From the NCBI GenBank assembly GCA_964648105.1, contig CAZYMH010000003.1, forward strand, positions 91,172-155,171: a DNA stretch of 64,000 nt, in the 5' to 3' direction. Numbering within the stretch: the first letter of the stretch is position 1; every line of letters starts with the position of its first letter. The notes below the pieces were generated by a model. That model ran no database searches and was not told the origin of the DNA. It saw only the letters and a list, made by a program, of their open reading frames with translations. Source of the stretch: an uncultured Candidatus Saccharibacteria bacterium. Lineage in GTDB: Bacteria > Patescibacteriota > Saccharimonadia > Saccharimonadales > 2-12-FULL-41-12. The position numbers and the translations under genes were made by a program. Below are positions 16,776 to 25,449 of this stretch, piece by piece.

Positions 16776-18305
16776 CTATTTTACTAATTTTAATCGAGCA
16801 ATTAGCCAATCTCTTGGTAAAATACTCAAAAACCAACCTGCTCTCGGACCAGCATCTTTGCCGATTAACACTTTGTACAAAGTAGTAAAAAGAAATTTTG
16901 GAGGCATATCATCGCTCTTGAATTCGTAAATCGCTTTATGGAACCATTCACCATCTGCTTCTTTGGGGGCGTTGGTGATTTTTTGGGCCAGAGACGATAG
17001 AAATTGTTTTTGGATATTATCAAAATCATCAGGATTTACTGACTGTTGAAGCGAAAATTTAACATCTTCAGATGCCCATTTTTCGAGCCAATTATCGATG
17101 TATTTAAGCTCATCAATGATAATATTTTTTTGATCTTCAGCAACCGCTGAATGCTCAGTGAGTTTAATTAGTTCAATAGTTTGTTGGGGGTCTTTTAAGG
17201 CCGCCTGATAACAGGCTACCAAATGAGAAAATGGGATATTCGAAATAGTGTTTTTTTCTAAATTACTGCTACAAATATCAATCAGGGTTTTGTCTTCTGG
17301 TGTTTTGTCGGGCTTAGCGAGCAACTCAGCATATTCATCGATAAGTCTAACAACACCTTCGTTTTGGTCGAAAACTAACTGTTTTCCAGGACTAAATCTT
17401 AATACAAAATATCGGACTATTTCAGGAGGTAATATGTTTAATAAATCAGTGATTGTAACTGTATTGCCAGCACTTTTGCTCATTTTTTTGGTATCACCTG
17501 CCCGATTAATAAATTCGTACATTGTCGGAACTGGTGGCTCTCCACCGAAAACTTTTTTGACTAATGCTTTACCTGTATCATAAGAACCACCTTTGGTGCC
17601 ATGCTCTCGCCCAAACGGCTCGAAATCGACCTTCATTAGCCACCATCGAGCTGGCCAGTCTAAACGCCAATCTAATTTGACTAACCCACCGTCATATTTT
17701 ATCTCAGCAGGATTATTATTTTTATCAAGATATTGAATGGTGTTGTTATCGGTATTAATTGCTATAAATGGACGTTTTTTTAAATATTTGCCCTCAATTA
17801 TTTGAATTGGCGACCACTGTTCATCGAGTTTTCGGCCCGAAACAGATTCTAGGCAATATTTTGTATCTTGAATATTAATTAATGTTTTCTCGATGGCAGG
17901 TGCAAAATATCCTGCTTGGTATTTTTGATGAGCTCGGACTATTTCTGCATCGACTCCCAAAATTTTCAAATTCGGCAAAAAATCTGCTAAATAATAATCA
18001 GCATAAGAATTATACCCATCAACAGGCGAAGGTACAGAACATAATGGTATTCCTAAGTACTGTTCAAATGACGAGTCTAACCCAAAAGGAATTTTACGCA
18101 AAAAATCTAAATCATCTACTACATGTATGTGTTTGACGTCACGACCACGTTTTTTTAACTCCATAGCCACAGCGTCAGCAGTCAATACTTCGCGTAACGT
18201 GCCAACATGATATTTTCCAGATGGTGACACGCCAGAACTAACTATAATCTCGCCAGATGGGTGAGCCTTCTCTACTTCGTCGGCTTTTTTTTGAGTCCAA
18301 AACAT
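16776..18305 (-). CDS. lysK: Lysyl-tRNA synthetase, class I
   Basis: Class I architecture: SSGVSPSGKYHVGTLREV (HIGH-type region) and KMSKSAGN (KMSKS). No class II motifs are present. Confidence 0.88.
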   Translation of the reverse strand: MFWTQKKADEVEKAHPSGEIIVSSGVSPSGKYHVGTLREVLTADAVAMELKKRGRDVKHIHVVDDLDFLRKIPFGLDSSFEQYLGIPLCSVPSPVDGYNSYADYYLADFLPNLKILGVDAEIVRAHQKYQAGYFAPAIEKTLINIQDTKYCLESVSGRKLDEQWSPIQIIEGKYLKKRPFIAINTDNNTIQYLDKNNNPAEIKYDGGLVKLDWRLDWPARWWLMKVDFEPFGREHGTKGGSYDTGKALVKKVFGGEPPVPTMYEFINRAGDTKKMSKSAGNTVTITDLLNILPPEIVRYFVLRFSPGKQLVFDQNEGVVRLIDEYAELLAKPDKTPEDKTLIDICSSNLEKNTISNIPFSHLVACYQAALKDPQQTIELIKLTEHSAVAEDQKNIIIDELKYIDNWLEKWASEDVKFSLQQSVNPDDFDNIQKQFLSSLAQKITNAPKEADGEWFHKAIYEFKSDDMPPKFLFTTLYKVLIGKDAGPRAGWFLSILPRDWLIARLKLVK

Positions 18306-18355
18306 TATAGATATATTAACTTAAAACAGATCAGTTTGCTATTAGAAACTTATTT

Positions 18356-18817
18356 TTAAGCTATTTCAATGATCTTAAAAATGCTAGTTTCTGCTGGCGT
18401 AACAATCTCGACTTGATCATCGAGTTTTTTGCCCATAAGAGCTTTACCAATTGGCGATTCATCTGAAATCTTACCACTTAATGGATCAGCCTCAACAGTT
18501 CCGACTACACTAAATTCTTTTGTTTGGCCGTTTTCGGATTTTAGTTTGACTGTGCTACCTAGCTGAACTTTATTATCGCCTTTAGGTTTTTTGATTAGCT
18601 CTACGTTACCCAATATATTTTCTAGTTCTGCGATTCGACCTTCATTACGTTCGTGATCGTCTTTTGCAGCATGATACTCAGCATTTTCACTTAAATCACC
18701 TTGTTCACGAGCCAATTTAATACTTTCGGCAATCTCTCCACGTCGAGCTATTAAACTATCAAGTTCTGTTTTTAGCTCATCTATTCCTGCTTGGGTTAAT
18801 CTGTACTGTTTTTTCAT
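18356..18817 (-). CDS. greA: Transcription elongation factor GreA
   Basis: LTQAGIDELKTELDSL..., the acidic tip region GDLSENAEYHAAKD, and a C-terminal FKBP-like domain. GGAAGGAGAG SD. Confidence 0.93.
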   Translation of the reverse strand: MKKQYRLTQAGIDELKTELDSLIARRGEIAESIKLAREQGDLSENAEYHAAKDDHERNEGRIAELENILGNVELIKKPKGDNKVQLGSTVKLKSENGQTKEFSVVGTVEADPLSGKISDESPIGKALMGKKLDDQVEIVTPAETSIFKIIEIA

Positions 18818-19101
18818 TACCTTCTCTCCTTCCTTTCAAAACCAATTAAAATAGTTAATAAACTTAATTTACCTCTGCTTTTAGTACTTGAATTAAGTTT
18901 ATCACACTTTTTAAAATGAATTTTAGTTCATTTTATTCTTCGCTAACTGCTTAGCCGTTAAATGTTAGTGCAATAAGCCAGTATGAGGCATCCCCGAGCT
19001 AACTATTGCTAAAAAATAGCTTTATAGTTCGCATATCGGCCATAATAAGTTACATCAATATTAAACTTATGTAAAGTGTGATTTAAATCATCTTTACTTT
19101 T

Positions 19102-20520
19102 CTAATAACTCTGAGCAAACAGCCAAATGTCACTAGCTGGTTCACCAGTATAAAAATCCACGCTATCAGCTCTTGAGCCAATTTTACACCTGCTGACAGC
19201 TTTAGTTTCTTGCTTTATCTTGGCTTCAATTTCAGGATTATCATTCCAGCAAACTTCTACAAATCCTTTATTATCAGAAAGTATTTGTTTCATTTGTTCA
19301 TAATTTGTAGCTTGACGAGTACCATTTTTATTTATATTTTTAGATTTTTCTAATAAGTCGGTTTGGATTTGGTCAAGTAAGTTAATGATTTCTTGAGCCA
19401 AATTATTGCTTGGAAAGATTTTTTCCTCAAAATTATCACGACGTTTAATTAGACATGAATTTTCGTCTACTTCTTTATTGCCAATTTTGATAATTAATGG
19501 CACACCTTTTACTTCCCATTTGTTAAGCTTATAACCAAATCGTTCATCATCAGAATCATCTAACTGCACTCTAATATTATTATCGATTAATAATTTTTCT
19601 AGATTCTTAGAGTATTGAACAATGTTGTCATCTGTTTTAATCGGCACAATGACTACCTGAATCGGTGCAAGTTTTGGCGGCAAAACTAACCCATTATCAT
19701 CTCCATGAGCCATAATCAAACCACCAATTGACCTTGTGCTAAATCCCCAGCTGGTTTGCCAAACAAATTGTTCGCTACCATCGTTAGCTTGGTATTTAAT
19801 ATCAAAAGTTTTGGCAAAATTTTGGCCCAAATCATGAGAAGTGCAACTTTGCAAAGCTTTACCTGATGGCATAAGTATTTCGTAGGTTAAGGTGTCATCG
19901 GCTCCAGCAAATCTTTCGCTTACAGATTTTTGGCCAACATAACCATCTAATGCAAACACGTCACGATAAATTTCTGAATACATACTCATTGCCCATTTTT
20001 GCATGTCTACAGCTTCGTCGTGAGTTGCATGAGCAGTATGTCCCTCTTGCCACAAAAATTCGCTAGTCCTGAGGAATGGCAAAGTTCGCTTTTCCCAACG
20101 TACAACATTGCACCATTGATTTATCTGCATCGGTAAATCACGCCATGACTGTATCCAGTCAGCGAACGAATTGTACATAATTGTTTCACTAGTTGGACGA
20201 ACAGCTAAAGATTCTTCAAGCTTCTGACCCCCACCATGAGTTACTACGGCTAGTTCAGGGGCAAAGCCCTCGACGTGTGAAGCTTCTTTTTCGAGAAAGC
20301 TCATCGGGATAAATAACGGAAAGTAGCAATTCCCTATGCCTTTTTGTTTGATTCTAATATCCATTTCTCGCTGAATATTTTCCCAGATTGCATAACCATA
20401 TGGCTTAATTATCATGGTTCCTTTAGTCGGACCATAGTCTGCTAAATCAGCTAGTTGGATAAGTCTAGTGTACCATTCGGCTGGTTGAGTTTTTTTATCT
20501 GGTAATAAAGCTTTGGCCAT
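19102..20520 (-). CDS. proS: Prolyl-tRNA synthetase, archaeal/eukaryotic type (no INS editing domain)
   Basis: EWYTRLIQLADLADYGPTKGTMIIKPYGYAIWENIQ N-terminus, class II motifs, and a 472-aa length with the type-specific C-terminal domain ending in SY. Confidence 0.92.
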   Translation of the reverse strand: MAKALLPDKKTQPAEWYTRLIQLADLADYGPTKGTMIIKPYGYAIWENIQREMDIRIKQKGIGNCYFPLFIPMSFLEKEASHVEGFAPELAVVTHGGGQKLEESLAVRPTSETIMYNSFADWIQSWRDLPMQINQWCNVVRWEKRTLPFLRTSEFLWQEGHTAHATHDEAVDMQKWAMSMYSEIYRDVFALDGYVGQKSVSERFAGADDTLTYEILMPSGKALQSCTSHDLGQNFAKTFDIKYQANDGSEQFVWQTSWGFSTRSIGGLIMAHGDDNGLVLPPKLAPIQVVIVPIKTDDNIVQYSKNLEKLLIDNNIRVQLDDSDDERFGYKLNKWEVKGVPLIIKIGNKEVDENSCLIKRRDNFEEKIFPSNNLAQEIINLLDQIQTDLLEKSKNINKNGTRQATNYEQMKQILSDNKGFVEVCWNDNPEIEAKIKQETKAVSRCKIGSRADSVDFYTGEPASDIWLFAQSY

Positions 20521-20606
20521 TTTAGTTCTCTCGCATTAATTTAGGATTAATTTTTAAAATATTTTTAATTTTAACCACAGTAATCATTACTGATATTTTA
20601 CATGTC

Positions 20607-21416
20607 TTAAGTGGTGATAACAAATAAAAACAAAAATGCCAACGAATTTTTCAGTGCATGAATTATCATTCCAGACCACAACGAACCTGTTTTTTCTCTT
20701 AAATAAATCAAAAATATAGATAAAATCATAGTATCAATGGCTGCGGCCCACAATGGAGCCGAGCCGCTACCAAGCTGAAGATGAGCCAAACCAAAAATTA
20801 CTGAGGTTAATATTGTTGCAATGTATAAGCTAAGTCGAGACTTCAGGGCCGAATACAAAAAACCACGCATCATAACTTCTTCGACTATAGCTGGCAAAAT
20901 CACTATACTTGCAAAAATAACCACTAATTCGATTGGTGTTTTATAGGTTGCACTAAAGCCGATTTCTTGTTTTTGATCCAAATCTATTGATGGTATATAC
21001 AAATTAATCAAGCCCATTACACTTAATAGAACCACGTAATAAACAATGAGTATAATAATTGCCCAACCTAAGTTAGAAATATTAAATTTTTTGATCAATC
21101 CAATATCTTTTTTGGTGAGCTTAAATAATTTTAGGCCAGCAACTACTGAAATTAACATTCCACCATATGCAACCAGCGAAAAAATAAAGCTTCCAAACGT
21201 GTCATTTTCGATATTGGCTAAATATTCTTCAACATTATGTCCCGTGCTTGCGGCATAAATACCGAGTACAACTCCTCCGATAATTTGCCAAATCAAAAAA
21301 AGACCAATCGCAAAAATTATTGCCAACAAAATATACCAGAAATTACTAAGCCTCCTATTTGTTTTCGCAGTTTGGTTAGTTTTTTCTGGCAATGGTGATT
21401 TGGTGTGGTTATTCAT
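20607..21416 (-). CDS. CPBP family intramembrane glutamic endopeptidase (CAAX protease-like)
   Basis: Motifs EEVMMRGFLY, FGLAHL and HALKN in a multi-TM protein. Confidence 0.8.
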   Translation of the reverse strand: MNNHTKSPLPEKTNQTAKTNRRLSNFWYILLAIIFAIGLFLIWQIIGGVVLGIYAASTGHNVEEYLANIENDTFGSFIFSLVAYGGMLISVVAGLKLFKLTKKDIGLIKKFNISNLGWAIIILIVYYVVLLSVMGLINLYIPSIDLDQKQEIGFSATYKTPIELVVIFASIVILPAIVEEVMMRGFLYSALKSRLSLYIATILTSVIFGLAHLQLGSGSAPLWAAAIDTMILSIFLIYLREKTGSLWSGMIIHALKNSLAFLFLFVITT

Positions 21417-22541
21417 TTACAAAATAAAGCGTTTAATGTCAACGAATGTGATCAATACAAAAAGTAACATCAATACAACAAATCCAATTCCATGAATTAA
21501 ATCTTCTTTCTCTTTGCTTAAGCGTTTGCCAAAAGCTCTCGACCCTAAAATTGTAAATAATCGGCCACCATCAAGAGCTGGAATTGGCAATACATTCATT
21601 ATGGCTAACGACAAAGAAATAAGGGCGATTATCATTAACACAAAATTAAAGCCAACTTTACTAACCGCATTTAAAATGTAAGCGACTCCGACTGGACCAG
21701 TTACTTGTTCGCTGGCTTTTTCGCGGTCGCCTCGTGCCAAACTAGATAAAATATTACCCAAACCCTGAAAAGTCATTTTAGTAAATTGCCCTGTCAGCCC
21801 AGCAGCTACTATTGGAGCCGACCAAGTTGAACGACGGATTTCATAGCCTTCGGAAGCCGATTCGCTCGATATTCCAAGGTAACCTTGACCCTTATTTTGG
21901 CTGTTTAATTTTACGGTGTAAGTAGCTGTTTGATCGCCACGCTTGATGGTAATTGGCACTTCTTTGCCTGCATTTGCTTTAGAAATTTCGCCTACTTTAC
22001 TGAGTTGTTTTATTTCTTGTCCCGCGAAACTAACAATCACATCATTAGTTTTTAGCCCTGCTTTATCGGCGGGCGAATCTTTGGTGACATTAGATATTTT
22101 GATTGTATTAGGATTTTTGACCTGGCTAACTAACTTAGTATCGCTAGCAACCATAAATTGGTTGTCTACCATTTTTGGCATGCCAATTAATGCTAAAATC
22201 ATGAATAAAAACAAGGCCACAACCAAATTCATAAATACACCAGCTAAAATTATTTTAACTTTTGTCTTCAGGCGAGCGGCTCCAAAGCTACCAGGACGAT
22301 CATCATCATCGTTTTCGCCTTTTAATTTTACAAAACCGCCTAGCGGCAATAAATTAACTGATAACAAGAACTTACTTTTGTCGGTTTTTATTTTTTTGCT
22401 CCAAATTTTTGGCGGAAAACCTAGCCCATATTCTTCGACTTCGACGCCACCACGCCGTGCCGCTACAAAATGCCCCCATTCATGAATCAATACCAACCCA
22501 ATAAATAAAATAACTGCGATAATCAAATAAAAAACTGCCAT
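21417..22541 (-). CDS. rseP: RIP metalloprotease RseP (M50 site-2 protease) with a PDZ domain
   Basis: HEWGH zinc motif, a central PDZ (DSPADKAGLKTNDVIVSFAG), and an NVLPIPALDGG motif. Confidence 0.92.
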   Translation of the reverse strand: MAVFYLIIAVILFIGLVLIHEWGHFVAARRGGVEVEEYGLGFPPKIWSKKIKTDKSKFLLSVNLLPLGGFVKLKGENDDDDRPGSFGAARLKTKVKIILAGVFMNLVVALFLFMILALIGMPKMVDNQFMVASDTKLVSQVKNPNTIKISNVTKDSPADKAGLKTNDVIVSFAGQEIKQLSKVGEISKANAGKEVPITIKRGDQTATYTVKLNSQNKGQGYLGISSESASEGYEIRRSTWSAPIVAAGLTGQFTKMTFQGLGNILSSLARGDREKASEQVTGPVGVAYILNAVSKVGFNFVLMIIALISLSLAIMNVLPIPALDGGRLFTILGSRAFGKRLSKEKEDLIHGIGFVVLMLLFVLITFVDIKRFIL

Positions 22542-22593
22542 ATATACAAACTATTATAACTTAAAAATTTATGCCCACCTAAAATTTATTAGA

Positions 22594-23157
22594 TTAAACG
22601 GTCATTATTTCTGATTCTTTAGCTTTAGCCAAATCATCAACTATTTTTTTGTATTTACTCATCAAATCTTCGACTTCTTTGCTTAGACGTTTGTGATCAT
22701 CTTCAGAAATATCTTTGTCTTTTTTGGCCAAATCCAAATCAGCAATTACATCTCGTCTTATGCCTCTTTGCGAAATCAGACAATCTTCAACTTTTTCGCC
22801 AAGTTGTTTGGTGATTTGACGTCGACGCTCTTCGTTAAGAGGCGGAATTGGTACCCTGACTACTCTGCCATCATCGCTTGGATTCAAGCCCATCGTCTGA
22901 TTATCACGAATCGCCGAAGAAATAGCCTGAATATTGCTTGGATCAAAAGGGCTAAGTTGCAAAAGTTGCGGTTCGGGAGTAGTAATTGTCGCCAATTGAT
23001 TAAGTGGCATCGGCGTGCCGTAAGCCTCAGCCATAACACCTTCTAACATTGATGGGTGAGCCCTACCTGTTCGTAGTTTTTTAAGCTCATTCTCGAAATG
23101 TTCGCAAGCTGCTTTAAGTTTAGTTTCTGTTTGTCTAATTAAGTCTTGTGGATTCAT
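22594..23157 (-). CDS. frr: Ribosome recycling factor
   Basis: 187 aa. LRTGRAHPSMLEGV..., PFDPSNIQAISSAIRDN..LGLNPSDDG..VRVPIPPLNEERR. Confidence 0.96.
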   Translation of the reverse strand: MNPQDLIRQTETKLKAACEHFENELKKLRTGRAHPSMLEGVMAEAYGTPMPLNQLATITTPEPQLLQLSPFDPSNIQAISSAIRDNQTMGLNPSDDGRVVRVPIPPLNEERRRQITKQLGEKVEDCLISQRGIRRDVIADLDLAKKDKDISEDDHKRLSKEVEDLMSKYKKIVDDLAKAKESEIMTV

Positions 23158-23197
23158 AAGTATAAGTATATTTCAAAACTACAAGTAAAAGAAATAT

Positions 23198-23791
23198 TTA
23201 AGCTTCGACTTCGCCGACAGCCAATCGACTAAACCGTCGAACTACAATATTTTCGCCCAATCGAGCAATACCATCTTTGACAAATTGATTGACTGTTTGA
23301 TCTGGATTTTTGACAAATGGTTGATCTAGTAAACATTGTTCGGCAAAGTATTTTTTGACCATTCCATCGACGATCTGCTCGATCATGTTATCTGGCTTGC
23401 CATCACTTTTAGCTTTAGCGCTAAATTCTTTTATCTTTAATTGCTTAACATCTTCAGGAATTTGATCATTGGCAACATACAGCGGTGCAGTTGCAGCAAT
23501 GTGCATAGCGATATCTTTAACTAATTCCATAAATTCTTCAGTTCGAGCCACAAAATCTGTCTCACAATTTACTTCTAAGACGACACCAATTCGATTATCG
23601 TGATTATAAGTACTCACAATGCCAGCTCGAGCTTCACGCTCACCACGTTTTTCGGCCTTGGTTAAGCCTTTTTTTCGCATTGCCTCTAGAGCTTTATCAA
23701 AATCACCTTTAGACTCAACTAAAGCGTTCTTGGCATCTGTTATGCCGACTCCAGTTAGTTCACGCAATCTTTTAATTTGTTCAATATCCAT
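23198..23791 (-). CDS. tsf: Elongation factor Ts (short form)
   Basis: IKRLRELTGVGITDAKNALVESKGDFDKALEAMRKKG UBA-like N-terminus. It overlaps the rpsB stop (TAATG). Confidence 0.95.
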   Translation of the reverse strand: MDIEQIKRLRELTGVGITDAKNALVESKGDFDKALEAMRKKGLTKAEKRGEREARAGIVSTYNHDNRIGVVLEVNCETDFVARTEEFMELVKDIAMHIAATAPLYVANDQIPEDVKQLKIKEFSAKAKSDGKPDNMIEQIVDGMVKKYFAEQCLLDQPFVKNPDQTVNQFVKDGIARLGENIVVRRFSRLAVGEVEA

Positions 23792-24540
23792 TATTTATCA
23801 CCCTCATTTTTTTGATTATTTTCATCGACAGATTTAGTAGGCTGTTTAACTTTAGCCTTACCTGCTAAAATTGCTTCTGACATATAATTTAATATCAGTT
23901 CTAATGCTTTAATCGCATCATCGTTAGCTGGGATTGGATAATCAACCAAACTCGGATCAGCATTGGTATCAACAATTGCTACAACTGGAATATTGAGTTT
24001 TTTAGCTTCTTTTATGGCATTTAGATCTTCGTTGAGATCAATTACAATCACAACTCCAACCCGTTGGTGCATTTCTTTTATTCCACCATAAAGATGATTC
24101 ATATGGTCGATTTCATCTTGAAATCGTTGAATCTCAAGCTTATTGTATTTTGATTCGAAGGCTCCACTAGCCATTTTTGTTTCAAGATCTTTTAGATGTT
24201 TAATTCGTTGGCTAATGGTATTTGAGTTAGTCAACATACCACCTACCCATCGCTCTACTGCATATGGCATATTATTGTCTTCGGCAGTTTTTTTGACTAG
24301 TTCTTTGGCTTGACGTTTAGTACCAACAAACAAAATTTGTTTGCCTGTACTTGCCGTACTTTCAATAAACCTTAGTGCATTCTCTAGACTTTCAACAGTT
24401 TTGGTTAAGTCAATTATGTGACTACCGCCCCGTTTGCTATGAATATATTGAGCCATTTTAGGATGCCAACGGCTAGTTTTGTGACCAAAATGGGCCCCAG
24501 ACTCTAATAATTTTTTAATATCTACTTCGTTAGAAGCCAT
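23791..24540 (-). CDS. rpsB: 30S ribosomal protein S2
   Basis: LLESGAHFGHKTSRWHPKM, ILFVGTKRQA, ERWVGGMLTN. GGAGA SD. Confidence 0.97.
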   Translation of the reverse strand: MASNEVDIKKLLESGAHFGHKTSRWHPKMAQYIHSKRGGSHIIDLTKTVESLENALRFIESTASTGKQILFVGTKRQAKELVKKTAEDNNMPYAVERWVGGMLTNSNTISQRIKHLKDLETKMASGAFESKYNKLEIQRFQDEIDHMNHLYGGIKEMHQRVGVVIVIDLNEDLNAIKEAKKLNIPVVAIVDTNADPSLVDYPIPANDDAIKALELILNYMSEAILAGKAKVKQPTKSVDENNQKNEGDK

Positions 24541-24642
24541 GTTTTCTCCTTGTTCGTCATTAGCAGTACCATTTGTAATTACTCGAAAGAAAGTAATTAA
24601 TGGAGGAAAAACCTACTAATTGTTTAATTTATAATACTAAGT

Positions 24643-24671
24643 ATTCTAACAGATAGATCAATCTGTTGCAA
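24643..24671 (-). promoter_or_regulatory. Candidate sigma70-type promoter of rpsB-tsf
   Basis: Minus strand: TTGCAA (24671-24666), 17 nt, TAGAAT (24648-24643). The spacer contains the inverted repeat ACAGAT..ATCTGT. Confidence 0.5.
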
Positions 24672-24694
24672 ATTATTTAATTTTAGGTTAAAAT
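24666..24694 (+). promoter_or_regulatory. Candidate sigma70-type promoter of rpmE
   Basis: Plus strand: TTGCAA (24666-24671), 17 nt, TAAAAT (24689-24694). The -35 hexamer is the same palindromic TTGCAA used by the rpsB promoter. Confidence 0.5.
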
Positions 24695-24789
24695 TATATC
24701 TAAATAAACCAACTCAGAACTAACGCCTGCTAATGATTGCTCACTTTAGCTAACCGTCTGAGGGGATAAAGAGCATCAAGGATAAATAA

Positions 24790-25134
24790 ATGAAAAAAGA
24801 TATTCACCCCCAAGATTATCGCCCTGTAGTCTTTAAGGACTTATCAAATGGTCACACGTTTTTGACCAAATCTACAGCCAAAACCACTGACACAATTAAA
24901 CTAAATGGCACAGAGTATCCATTAGTCAACGTTCATATTTCAAGTAGTTCTCACCCTTTCTTTACTGGACAAGAAAAATTAGTTGATATCGAAGGCCGTG
25001 TCGACAAATTTAAAGCACGACGTGAAGCCGCCAAAAAAGCACTCGAAACACGCAAAGCTGCCGCCCAAAAATCAACAAAAACTAAAGATAAAAAAGCAGA
25101 ATCAGATACTACTGTCCAAAAAATGGGCCGATAA
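24790..25134 (+). CDS. rpmE: 50S ribosomal protein L31, type B (Cys-less), with a Lys-rich C-terminal extension
   Basis: [17 protein letters not shown]...SSSHPFFTG. There is no CxxC zinc ribbon. The C-terminus is about 35 aa longer than usual. Confidence 0.92.
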   Translation: MKKDIHPQDYRPVVFKDLSNGHTFLTKSTAKTTDTIKLNGTEYPLVNVHISSSSHPFFTGQEKLVDIEGRVDKFKARREAAKKALETRKAAAQKSTKTKDKKAESDTTVQKMGR

Positions 25135-25147
25135 GCTAGATTAAAAT

Positions 25148-25354
25148 TTATAGTTCTTCTAAACCAGCCAAATGCAATACTGCTGCAGCTGCTTGATCTG
25201 ATAAACATCTAACAGGCTTTGAAGTTTCTTGATGATTGGCTGGGTGAGCTGCTAGAAATGTACCTTCGTGCGAATAATCAAATTCTTGAGACGAATTTAG
25301 TTCGTTGCTCTCGATTTCGTATGATTCGCCTTGTGAAGTTAATTGAAATGTCAT
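25148..25354 (-). CDS. Small acidic hypothetical protein (68 aa), or possibly a non-coding transcript
   Basis: ORF with a consensus promoter upstream but no SD. I recognised no family. Confidence 0.35.
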   Translation of the reverse strand: MTFQLTSQGESYEIESNELNSSQEFDYSHEGTFLAAHPANHQETSKPVRCLSDQAAAAVLHLAGLEEL

Positions 25355-25381
25355 TTTTTTGTTTTTAAGTTAGTAATAAAT

Positions 25382-25410
25382 AATATAGCAAATTTAGTAC
25401 ATTTTGTCAA
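25382..25410 (-). promoter_or_regulatory. Near-consensus sigma70 promoter driving the 25148-25354 transcript
   Basis: Minus strand: TTGACA (25410-25405), 17 nt, TATATT (25387-25382). Confidence 0.55.
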
Positions 25411-25413
25411 TAG

Positions 25414-25442
25414 TTGAGAGATTTTAACAGAGGTGATATAAT
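25414..25442 (+). promoter_or_regulatory. Extended -10 promoter of prfA, placed for a leaderless transcript
   Basis: TTGAGA (25414-25419), a 17-nt spacer containing TG (25434-25435), and TATAAT (25437-25442). The ATG at 25450 lies 7 nt downstream. Confidence 0.6.
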
Positions 25443-25449
25443 AGATTTA

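Noticed and set aside
24574-24583. Possible Zur box (GTAATTAC palindrome) near the Cys-less L31 type B gene, which is often Zur-regulated
   Set aside because: It is only an 8-bp palindrome without the extended TCGTAAT-N-ATTACGA-type arms. It lies in the rpsB leader, on the far side of the rpmE promoter.
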